Below are positions 13,773 through 25,600 of a stretch of DNA of 64,000 nt, in pieces. Origin of the DNA: Azolla caroliniana (lineage: Eukaryota > Plantae > Polypodiophyta); assembly GCA_043228905.1 (NCBI GenBank), contig JBHGNT010000006.1, positions 11,036,001 through 11,100,000 on the forward strand, written 5' to 3'. Each line of letters opens with the position of its first letter. Positions within the stretch are counted from its first letter, which is position 1. The position numbers were made by a program, and so were the translations under genes. Under the pieces are notes generated by a model. It did not search any database. It was not told where the DNA came from and was given only the letters and a program-made list of their open reading frames with translations.

Positions 13773-14669
13773 ATAAATGCAATGGTAATAAAAAAGCATG
13801 TATTTTTCCCATTTCCAAACGTTTGAACGCTTGCACGAACACGAATATTACGTTCTATGGGCGTATTGTTGAAACTGTGATAAGTTGGGATATAAATCAT
13901 TGCCTCAAAGTTGCATTTATGGTATGCAATTTGCTTGTATATGAGGTTGAATGCACGAGAATTATACAAGTTATCGATGAAGTGGGCTTCTAAGTGATGA
14001 AACAAGTAATTTTAACTTAACACAAAAGCCTTGAATTCTCTATGCTTAGTTCAACTCCCATAATTTTTTCATTTTATGGTACATGTCATTGTCAAAGTAA
14101 ATCGGTTCCGAATGGAGTACAAAGGCTCATGTGCACCCATGTGCCATGAACCTTTGGGTTTTTTATTTATGGATTTTACAAACTTCTATAGGTTACTTAG
14201 GAGCCATACATTTTCCACAGAAGTTATATTATAATTTGCAAACTATCAAGTAAGTACAAGTTAATTGTAAGTTTATTGTAATAATAGTTTGATTCCAAAA
14301 CTTGTTGACCACAGTAGGGGTTTTTTTTAAGGACAATTTGTAACAAAAAGGGAGAGCGACGAGCACGGACTAGAGATGGAGATAGTGTATGATTGAAGAT
14401 GCAAAGAGTATACGGTAAAAACAAGCTTTATTATATTGAGAATAGAAGATTTTACCAAAGTTACAATAATCGATAGTAAGGACGACATGTTATCTTTGGC
14501 TTGAATCCTTGACTATGATCTTGAGAGACTATTGTACCGATAAACGATCCCTATTATGCAAAACTATTCTTATAGATCGTAAAGCATATTTATTGCTCTT
14601 ATTTTGTATATACATTGTACTATCCTTTTCATGCTACACCCATTAGGCAACCAACACTATGACACATAC

Positions 14670-14939
14670 TGTAGGGATTGGAACTAGCACAACCGGTTTC
14701 TCGTACATATATTCGGGTGCAAAGAATCGAGTAAGATAGTGCATAGACAAAAAACGGAAAATGGAAAAAAAAAACTCAAGGAGACACAAGATATTTAACA
14801 TGGAAAACCCGAATGGGAAAAACCACGTGGAATCCAAAAACTCTGAATGAATCACTATAAGGGGAGGAGTACAACAAGAGGATTCAAAGCAACGACCTTG
14901 ACCCCTTCTTCATCGACTAACGACTACAGAGTTACACAC

Positions 14940-15014
<75 letters not shown>

Positions 15015-15309
15015 TACAGAGGCGACTATCTTCTTCAACTATACAACTATACGATCAACTAATGATTCACTACCTCATAAAAAAGTTTGCCCTAGTTGTA
15101 TTTATACTAATACAACTTCCTGGGCTATTTACAAACATGACCCACAGAGGCACATTAAGACTATTTACAAAATTAGTCTCCCGAATTGGCTATTTAATCG
15201 ATCATTGGATTATTCTATTTCCGATTTCCGATTTCGGCCGAGGCCCATTTGTTCCATCAGATTTAGTTTGTTCTCTTTTTCCCATCCGGAGGGACCTGTT
15301 TTCCCAACA
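14670..15309 (-). mobile_element. Solo LTR of the copia E-related family
   Basis: TG...CA termini with perfect 5-bp TSD CATAC (14665-14669 and 15310-15314). Shares GGAAAACCC..GGGAAAACCAC and CCATCCGGAGGGACC..CAACA with the E LTRs. Confidence 0.88.
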
Positions 15310-15319
15310 CATACCACCA

Positions 15320-16500
15320 AATATTTCCTAAAATTATACCTTAGGATGCAATCAACATATCACTATTGTAGCAAGAGCCTTACTCCACTAATGGTGTTTC
15401 ATAGAGTTCCATTGGAGATGTTTGTCTCCCCTGATGAAGCTAGCTACTCATTCTGTAATTACACCTTAGGTCCTTCAGTCGTCGTATGTTACCGGGATTG
15501 AGCTAGATATTCCACAAACCTTCAAGCTTGATGATTAGGGCCATCAACAAGTTAAACAAGAGGTGAGGTAGAAATGGAACACTAGGTGGAAATGGATATG
15601 TGGATGGAGATCAAGATGAAATATAACATCACTGATTTGACCTGAGATTCCAAATAGACAAGACATTGATAATTTTGCTTGTCACACAATTGTGTAGTTT
15701 TCACCTCATGTTGTAATAGCCATGCACAATCCCCAACTTGAAAGTTAGGTTCCTTCAATGAGGAGTTGAGACAATGACTTATTGAAGTCTCGTGTGTATC
15801 TTGAGCCTTACGCAAATCATATGGGAAAGTTGGACATGAAGCTCTTTGAGTTGAAGTAGATGATCCTTCAAGCCTTGTACATGTTCAAGCATTGTCCAAA
15901 TGAAGATGATATCATTTATTTGTGAAAGCTGGAGTATCTCCCAAAGAAGAGTGAATTGAATTATTCCACGTGGACTCCACAAAATGCATGAAGTCAACCC
16001 AATCATCATATTGTAATTGATTAGTCAATGAAGATATTATTCTATTGCTTTCTTAGTATGGTTAGCTTGACTATCACTCATAGGATGAGAATTGAGGAGA
16101 GTTTATGCGAAATTCCAAAGAACTCAAGTAGGTGTTTTCCAAAAGTTGGAGATGAACTATGGCCCACTTGACTATTGATATTCTTTTTGCACAAAAGGAA
16201 ATGTGCTATCTTAGTAAACCTATCCACCATAGTAAGAATGACATCAAAACACTTTAACGATGGGGAATATGTAATGAAATCCAAGGAGATGTGTTTCCAT
16301 GGACCATTGAGAACCGGCTATAGTTGATATGGAAATTGACAACAATCATCAAAATTGTGCATGTATTTAACAACGCTACAAAGCTAAGGCAACCAATAGT
16401 TTTGAGTGGCCTACATTCCTAAAGACTTTGTGAACTCCAAAGCATCTAGACATTGGAGCATTGCTACAATACTACAAGATTTGGAGTGAAGAATCACCAT
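15320..16500 (-). mobile_element. Heavily decayed Ty3/gypsy integrase region
   Basis: MDFITYSP..DVILTMVDRFTKIAHFL at 16078-16284 and PNFQVGD.AWL (GPF/Y-module-like) at 15582-15815. Confidence 0.75.
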
Positions 16501-18035
16501 TAGGAGGTATTATGTATAGAATATTGTTTCAAAAACATTTCTTGTCATGCTATTTAAATTGATTGTAATCCATATAAACTATTTGAAAGAATCCATAATT
16601 GATGTAGTTGATTTTTGTGGTCTCAAACTTTTGTGAATGAAAAACACTTGGATGTAATTTCCCATCTCTTCTTATTTGCAACAATCTTATAGATGTAGAC
16701 AATGTAATAATTGAATCTAAGCGCAATCATAAGCACCAAAAAGGAACAGGATCTTGGCCCTTAGTACATGTGAGCCCCTATATCAAGGTTGTCTCATCTT
16801 ATGTAAGAGAGAGAAAGAGAGAGAGAGAAAGAGAAAGGAGAGAAAAAAAGAGAGTATCTATCGATGGTGAAGAATAAGCATATATATAGGATGAAGAGGA
16901 TAAGAGTGAGTGAATATATGAACGAGTTTCAAGTAGGGTATCAAGCAAAGTTGAATCACGTGAGGGATCTAAGCATTGTTCACAATCGTCAAGTGCAAAA
17001 GCAACAAGCAAGAGGAAGATATGCATCTTAACTATGATACCTAGATTCCCAAGCTTGTTTAGCCAAATGTGCTAGTCAACAAATCTCACCATCTAAGCCT
17101 TAACATATTGTCTCACATCAAGGGAGGTATGAACTAAATAATATGTAAGCAATGGTTCAGATGGCAAACACTAGGTTCGGTTGTAACATGTATGTATCAA
17201 TGCATGTGGTTTTCACATTCAATAAAGAATATATGGTTTCGTAGTTAGATGGAACTGTATAACGTGTGAAGCATATGCCTCCACATTTTTCCCATGGCAT
17301 GATACATTGGGTAAATCAAATGCCTCTTATTACTTTTAATAATTTTGGAGTCTTAATTGAAAGTAATAATGAACAAACACTCATTAAGCTGCAAATGTAC
17401 ACACAAAGTAATCACATCTCACAAGAGTTTAATACATTGTTTTAAGGAAAAATACATCATTCATCAACATAAAATGTTATACATTCCACAACTTCACAAT
17501 TTGGCAAAGAGAAAATATGATTCTCATGTAGTCAACAAGCCTAGAATAAAAGATAACCAATTTCCTCAATATGTTTCAGATGGCATATAAAGCACTCTAA
17601 TAGTTTGAAATTTTACTTCGTTTGGATATTGGAACATAGATGCAACTTTATCTTTCGAGGAAACTTTTGACTACAATGTTTTCAGTTTGGCATCAATACA
17701 AAGGTTCAAATTCCCTGTACTTGTTTAGTTCTCTAAAGATTCGGCCAATATTAATAAGTTCATAAGAATCAGGGGTAGAAAAATATTAGATTGTACATCA
17801 AAAAGGTTAGTTATTAACCCACAACAAAATGTTCTGAAGGGAGAATCAATCAGTCAATTAGTCTTGACAAAAGTATATTTTCCTTCTTTGCCAATCTTAT
17901 TACATCAATTGTGCCAAACTTTCTGAGAGTATTGATACAACATGAATGTATGTACACTTCCAATGTTATCTACATAAATATACAGAAAAGCCAAGTGATG
18001 GCAATGGTATATATATCAAACACAAAACAATTGTC

Positions 18036-20825
18036 TCAAAAGAACTCCCACTCACGATAGATCTTTTCAACAATGCCACCGCCACTCCGTATCGCATAGT
18101 TTAGTGAATCAACTGCTGGAGGAACACCCCAAAGGAAAGGCACGGCCACTGTCATCGAGAGTTTCTCGTTCAACCCTCCAGAGGTACATTTCTCGGCAAT
18201 AACCACCTGCTACAGTGTATTCAATTTCTACACACATGAGTGGGACTAGACCTTTACACATGCAAGGAGACCTCCCAAATATCTGAGAAGTTTATCTTTT
18301 TTCCGAAAATACCCAATTTACATTTCAAATTTTTTGCCAAATCCTTCCCTCCGCCCCCCCCAAAAAAACTTTTACATCTCCCTAGATAGAGACAGTGAAA
18401 GGAGATGTGATGTTGAGAGGGGTATTTGGAGAAATAGAGTAAACTTAAGCGACTCCAGTGTTTTCCCAGATTATATATATGGAAGTGATATGCATATGAA
18501 CATGTGTATGTACAAATGCACTACATTTTCTTCGACTTACCTCTCCCCCTTGCTCTAAAACGGTATCTTCCACCACATCGCTTAGCATTTCAATGGATCG
18601 ACAATAGCCGAAAACACACAACTTGCGTCCCGAATCGAGCCCCTACACGAGAGAGAGATTCTCTTAAATGCTTTCTTACACACAGAAGGGGTAAAATTAT
18701 GAGGAAGAAAAAGAAATAAAACCAAATATCATCTCACATTGGTTGCAACAATATCAAAGATTGCACCAAGGCAGAGACCCTGTTTTGGGTCCATATAGTC
18801 TTCCTCCTTGACACGACGAGATCTGAAAGGTGTCCTTCCACGGGATTGTTTCCTCTGAAAGAGACAAATTAGCGACAAAATAAACACATATTTCGATGAA
18901 GACGAGAAACACGCTAATTTAAATGTTTGTGGGGATGCATAAAACAATGGAATGTAGTTATTACCACCTCAGAAGGAGATGATGATAGACGGGGGATTAA
19001 TGAGCCCCCAATCTGAATCAATCCATCAGTTGTGAAAAGCGTAACCAGGTCATCCTGAATCCATTCGATTGCTGCCATAGAACATGGATGTTTCAGATCA
19101 TCCAAAAAATCTTCTGAACTTAGATCCATGTCTATATTTAGATCATCAACACAACCTAAACTCCACACTGTATGCTGGTTTTTGGATCATTTAAGACAAC
19201 TAAACTCAGATCTATGCTAATGTTTAATTCATTCAAGCCACCTTATCTCATATTTATGCTGATGTTTAGATTTGCTTAGATTGGATCACTGAAATCGTTT
19301 AGACTCAATTCAATGATCTAATTTATCATTCAAATCATTGGAAATACTGTTCAGATCACCTAACTTGCATTACAATCACCTAAACTTGCATCTACGCTGA
19401 TGTTAAGGTCATTCAAATTATCTAAATGCCAGTGACTACTCAAATCGCATAAATGCTGACATGTAGATCATTCAAATCACCTAGACTTGGATTATGCCAA
19501 TGTTGGATAATTCCTATACCATGATCTATATCAACATTAATATAATTCAATTTCTAAACTTGACTCTATGCTGATATTTGGATGACTCAAATCACCCAAC
19601 CACAATGTTTAGATCAATAAAATATCCTAAATAACGATGTAGATCATTGAAATAACCTAATGAAGATAAATGCTGATGTTACATCATAGTGATTGCATAC
19701 AATCCAGTATATGCCAATGTTTTGATAATTCAAATTGCCTAATCTAGGTTCTTGGCTACATTTATATCATGCGGATCACCTACATTCCACTATATGCATT
19801 GCTTACATCATCAGAATCACACAGACTTAGATCTATTGAGACATTTACATCATTCGACTCATATAAACTCAAATACAAGCCAAGCTGTACATATTCCAAA
19901 ATGCCTCAACTCAGATCTATTAGATCATTCAAATTGCATAAACTCCAAGCCGATGTTTTGATCATTCACACTACCTGATGTTAGCTCATCAAATATAGCC
20001 TAACTCGGATCTCTACCAGCCAATGTTTGCAAAATTCAAGTTATCTCCACTTCACTTTTTGCAGATCATGCAAATTAAATAACCCTGGACCTATGTGGAT
20101 CACCAGAATATCAACTTTATAAACAAGGGACAAGATAAGTATAAACAAGAGGAATACCATTGGTATCAGACCCCTGCCATACTGGATCCCACGGATAGTA
20201 TCCGAATTCATCCCCAGGGAAACCTCCTGTTCGACCTTCACAAGCCAATCGAAGTCCTTTCAAAGAATCGGCTTTTGGAAAAGGACATGAAAAGTGTACA
20301 TTGGTCCTACTATAGAAAGAAATGCCATAATCCATTGTATAAAAGGAGGTGTTGTTCTTTGATGCATCTACAGGCGACGGCTTTCTTTTGCAACTATTTA
20401 AAAACTGTAATAGAGCCAGAGGGCTGAGTTTTCTCTCAACAGGAACAGATCTCTGTATTTTGACATTACAAGAGTTAGGTTAGATTTGATTACTAAATGA
20501 TCTCATCCTTCTCTGCAAGGAAAACCCTAACCTTAGACACCATAACAACATGAATCCCTAATTTTGAAAACCTTAATGAAGAGATCTTAACAATTGAAAC
20601 CCTAACTAGTGACACCCTAAGTGCATGAAACCCTAATTTATGAAGCCTGTACTGAAGAAATCCTAACAATTGGAACCCTAATTGGTGACACCCGACCTAT
20701 TGAAACCTTAATTGACAAAACTCTGGCTATTGGAAAAAGGGAAAACATACCTGAAACAGAGAATTCTCTTTCCTGAACGAAGGTCCACCAGGGGCGGGTG
20801 AACAGATGAATTGGGCAGTTTCCAT
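18036..20825 (-). CDS. Conserved plant protein of unknown function, probably plastid-targeted; complement(join(18036..18206,18541..18642,18738..18854,18968..19071,20158..20452,20751..20825)), 287 aa
   Basis: Six exons with GT-AG boundaries splice into one frame: METAQFICSP...EFGYYPWD...AIEWIQDDLVTLFTTDGLIQIGGSLIPR...YMDPKQGLCLGAIFDIVATNGLDSGRKLCVFGYCRSIEMLSDVVEDTVLEQGGEVVIAEK...MTVAVPFLWGVPP...GGGIVEKIYREWEFF*. I recall these motifs from an uncharacterised angiosperm family (possibly DUF7811, unverified). Confidence 0.85.
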
Positions 20826-21128
20826 AGCAGTAACAGAAACGGAGGAGATAGATGGGGAGAATCAGATTAGAACAATACAGAGTCGTTTTGTTTGTGGCAG
20901 GCAGAATATGTAGTGTGGTATGTACATGTAGAAGATATGTATGTATGTATGTAGGTATGTATAATGTATGTATGTATGTATGTATGTATGTATGTATGTA
21001 TGCATGCATGCATGATGATGCATTATTCTTGCTTTCTTGACTAATAACGCATAAATAGCAGGACACCCACGATGTAGAGAGAGAGAGAACCATTCGACCT
21101 ACACACACACACACACAAACAAAACACA

Positions 21129-21759
21129 TGATTGTTCCTATCATCAATGTGGGACACCCGATAAGAGATCCGTAGTATTCTACCAAGTCACACTACCATA
21201 TCCTTTAACTCGCTTGGGGACCTTAGGTTTGGCTATAAATATGAGGTCTAGCTACTCTCCTTAGTAGGAATCGGCAACAGTTCGGTTTAATGGTTTCCAA
21301 ATCTGAACCGAACCAATTTCTAGACCGGTTTAGCCAAGCCAATTAAGCCTTAACCGGCTTGGTAACTAGTTTAGGCTTAATTGGTTTGAGCAATCCCAAA
21401 CCGAGCTCAAACCGGTTAAGGAAGCTCAAGCCTAAACCGAACCAAACTGAACCGCCAAACCGCCTGATTCAATTTAGGCTTGAACCGAGCCGTTGCCGAT
21501 TCCTACTCATTAGTGACATCATTTGACTACGTGGAGACTGTGATCTAGTGGTGAACAAACTCTTGCACCAAGCGCGTCAATACCAAGTACGACTCGATGC
21601 CATGGCGATGGTATGGGACGCCGATCATGGCTCGAGTTCGTCTCGATCCCTTCACTCGAGGGTAATAGGGTAGCTCAACACCCTTCTTTCTCTCTCTTTT
21701 CTTATCTATCTATCTTATATTTCTTTGTTTCATGCTTGAATTAGGAATAATCTCTAACA
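21129..21759 (+). mobile_element. Decayed solo LTR related to the H LTR, sitting in a (CA)n tract; left boundary approximate
   Basis: Shares CCGTAGTATTCTAC and the GACTACGT..GGTATGGGAC..GTCTCGATCCCTTC block with the reverse complement of 3393-3847. Ends TCTCTAACA. Confidence 0.65.
21265..21505. mobile_element. hAT-type MITE (241 bp)
   Basis: TIRs TAGGAATCGGCAACAGTTCGGTTTAA / TTGAACCGAGCCGTTGCCGATTCCTA. 8-bp TSD CTCCTTAG / CTCATTAG. Many internal AACCG motifs. Confidence 0.88.
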
Positions 21760-21965
21760 CACACACACACACACATAGCCCCATGCATTCATGAATGTCA
21801 TCATCATGAGTTTGGATGATATGCTACGTATAAGATATTCTGTTGGCATAAAAGGTTGACTCCTTCCACTTTGTATCTTTAGTGTGAACACGTCCTCGAG
21901 TTAGGGCTTGAGTATATAAAGCTCAACCCTAACATTGTATACAATCTTGGAGTGAAAAGAGTTAC

Positions 21966-22047
21966 TGTTAATAATTAGGTAAGGTAATTAAGCAAGGATT
22001 AATTAGTACCTAATTATGTGACTAGTTGATAAGAGGAAGATTAAGTG

Positions 22048-22119
<72 letters not shown>

Positions 22120-22439
22120 TACACTCATGAAGAACACAAGATGGGGGATGAGTAAGTATATTAAATTAACAATATCATCATCAAATACAAAAATACCTAC
22201 AATGAGGTATATATAGATCTCATGTGCAAGGGTGCACATGTGTGAGGATAATATAGGTACAAAAGTGTAAGTCCTATATTAAATGTACTTGGGGGTGGAG
22301 GATCTAGAGTATCCCACTTAAGTACAAGGTCCTATTTAAGGCGTTATAGTCAACACTTCTAACTAGATTCTATCTAGGTAACTACAAAGTTATATGGTTG
22401 ACTAACTAACTAAATTAAGTTGAGCTTGATCTCTCAACA
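21966..22439 (-). mobile_element. Solo LTR (B-related family) inside A's 5' LTR
   Basis: TGTTA...TCAACA termini with perfect TSD GTTAC (21961-21965 and 22440-22444). Ends GTTGAGCTTGAT.TCTCAACA like the B LTRs. Confidence 0.88.
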
Positions 22440-22607
22440 GTTACAAAAAAGAGAATAACAAAGATCTTGCGTTGAATCTTAATCTGTGTCTATCATCTGT
22501 CTTTTCTTCTTCTGTTGCTTGTTACATATCTGTGTTGTTTGTTGTACACATCTTACTACAGGTCATCATCATCATCATCCGTTGCCAACCGTCCTATTCA
22601 CTACAAG

Positions 22608-22619
22608 TGGTATCAGAGC
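22608..22619 (+). promoter_or_regulatory. tRNA-iMet PBS of copia A
   Basis: TGGTATCAGAGC 2 nt after the LTR end ...CTACA. Confidence 0.9.
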
Positions 22620-25600
22620 AACCTCGATGTCCAACGGCAACGAAAAGCAGAAAAAGTCTGAGACGAGAAGCTATCCTGCTGAAAGAAAAGACCAGGCCAA
22701 CAAATCTACCTTCCAAAAAATGGTGGCACAGTCCAACACGAATGTGGAAATCCGGAAGTTCGATGGGAAGAACTTTGCCCTATGGAAAGAGATGATGCAA
22801 GATGTCTCGGCGTCAAATTGAGGGTATACGACACAACAAACCAGCCTCGATGACAACAGAAGAATGGCATTCATTGGATGAAATAGCCAGGTGGATCATT
22901 CGAATGCATTTGACCGAGAATGTCTATTTTAGCATGGCCAAGGAGACAACAACATTCTCTTTGTGGAGAAGTTAAAGGCAGTGTATGAGAAGAAATCCTC
23001 CTCATCAAAGTTGATACTGATTCAACAGTTATTCAACATGAAGATGAGAGAGACGGATCCAGCAAACTCCTACATCAACACCTTCAATCAGGTGTTATTT
23101 GAACTCTCCCCCCAAGGTATTAACTTCGAAGAAGAAGTTAAAGCCCTTGCCCTCCTTTCGAGCTTGCCGGTGAGTTGGGAGGTGTTTTGCACGACCTTCG
23201 CCAATAGCTCTCCGGATCTAAATTTAGATGAGACAATCAGACAAATTCTTAGTGAGGACATTCGGCGAAAATCGATGGGAGTCGGGACTCACCATTGATG
23301 AATCGGTAGAAGCCCACCACTCGACCGAGTCAATCGAGCAATCAAGTCGAAAGAAACTCTAGTCGACCAAGAAAGGGGGGGGGGGGCAACAACAGTTGAA
23401 GTCGAGGAATAGTTGATCAAGTGACTTCCGCGCCCACTACAAAATTGCTGAATGTTGATAAATCAAGAGGAAGGAGAATGGTTGGTGACTCGAGCGGAAC
23501 TTTGGACGATCTAACTCGAATCATTCTCTAGTATGCAATCAAATCAATGTTGTTGAATCCCGGTTAGGAGAAATCCTCTCCTTGGAGGAATCATCGACCT
23601 GTGAAGTCCTATATAGTGCGCAAGATGCGCGAACATGGCTATTAGATTCCGGAGCCACATTCCACGTGACCCCTAGCATCGAATGGTTTTCAAACTATTC
23701 GGCCAAAATCAGTGGCACAGTCCAACTAGGTAACAGGTAGGAGTGCATAATCGAAGGGATCGGCGAAGACCCCATCCAATTGCCGAACGGCAATACTATC
23801 ACCTTGTGTTGAGCCCGGCATGTACCCGAACTCAAAAGGAGTTTAGTCTCTATCGGCATATTAGCTATAAAGAATTGGGTATGATTCTTGTGTAGTAGAA
23901 GAGACGTGTGTTATGTGTATGTGTGAGAGGAAAGAGAGAAGAGAAGAGAAACACAAGATAGATAAGCTAGAGAAATGAAATACTCAAGAAGAAGAAGATG
24001 TATATTCACAAGTAAAATAGAAAATACAAAACACAACCGACTTAGTATGAAGTAGGAGAAGGGTGCTTTATATATAGTCACCCTCTCCCTTCATTAACAA
24101 CCGACTTAGTATGAAGTAGGAGTCACAACCGACTTAGTATGAAGTAGGAGAAGGGTGCTTTATATATAGTCGCCCTCTCCCTTCATTAACTAACTACAAC
24201 AACTACTATCTCTTGGGGAATGTGAAGACTCATAGTCATGGGTAATATGTAACTCATTAGTTAGGTGTCATAGAATATGATTCTATGACACATAGTTAAT
24301 GTGTAGAGATTAGTGGTGTGACTCTAGACCTTTGAGTAATCATAGATTCTCAAAAGATGTGTTCACACGTTGCACTATGTTGAGCTTGATTCTCAACATG
24401 CCCCCTCAAGCTCAACTCGGGCCGATTCCTTTTGATTGATGTCTGCTTTGGCTGGTATCCGGTTCGGACGATCTCCTGTGTCTGCTTTAGCTCGTACCCG
24501 GTTCAGACAGTATCCAGTTTTCTCTTGTACTCCCCCTCAAGCTTGGCATGTCACGGATTGTCAATCCAACGTCTAACATGAATTGCCGAAGCTTGTCAGC
24601 TCCTAGGCCTTTGGTGAAGATGTCGGATGTTTGAAGATTTGTGTTGATGTATTGAACGTCGACATCTCCGGCTTGAACGCGCTCTCGAATGAAGTGATAA
24701 TGCACTTCGATATGCTTTGTGCGTGCATGGAACATCGGGTTTCGAGCTAGATAGACATTGTTCATGTCGTCGCAGTAAAGGGGAGTCAGATCCTTGATGG
24801 GAACGCCGAGATCTTTCAAAATCCTCTCGCGCCATACAACTTCACATGCAGCTACAGTTGCGCCCTTGTATTCGGCCTTTGTACTCAAAAGAGCGACGGT
24901 CAGCTACTTTTTGCTACTCCACAAAATTGCTCTACTACCAAGGGAGAAGACAAAACCAGAGGTTGATCGTTGATCGGTTTTGTAGCCGGCCCAGTCGGCA
25001 TCCGTGTACCCTTCGAGTCGAATTGGTGTCGCTGATTTGTAGAGAATGTCATAATCTATTGTGCCACTCACGTATTGTAATACTCGCTTAGCGCAATCAA
25101 AATGGATATCTCGCGAAGTTTGCATGAATTGGCTAAGGAGTCTGACTGGATAGCTAAGGTCGGGTCAAGTGATTGTGAGATAGAATCTGATGAGGCTCCC
25201 GATTAATTGACGATATTGAGTCGGCTCGCACTCGTCTGTGCCGGAATCAGCATCCAGTTTGAGGTTTCGATTGAGAGGGGTTGCCCCAGATTTACACTCA
25301 GTCATCCCGAACTTGTAAAACAAGTTGAGGATGTAGTGTTGTTGGGAGATCATAATGCCGGCTGGAGTCCGAATTACCTCGATGCGAAGGAAGTAATAGA
25401 GCTCCTTCATGTTTGTCATGTCGAATTCGTTGGAGAGGAGGGACTTCACTTTGTTGATGTCGACTAGACTTTCACCTCCAATGACCAGATCATCCATGTA
25501 TAGAATGATGACAATTGGGCTTCCAGAGTCGTTTCATACATAGAGGGAGTTGTCGGATTTCGACATTCAAAAGCTGATTTGATGAAGATATTACTTTATC

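Noticed and set aside
16802-17105. Possible solo LTR (TGTAAG...TAACA, GA-rich)
   Set aside because: No matching TSD and no second copy in the window.
20161-20170. TGGTATCAGA resembling an iMet PBS
   Set aside because: It lies within a coding exon on the opposite strand (SDTN) with no adjacent LTR or gag.
20638-21186. 182-aa ORF over the (TATG)n and (CA)n microsatellites
   Set aside because: The frame stays open because of simple repeats; the real exon here is 20751-20825 in another frame.
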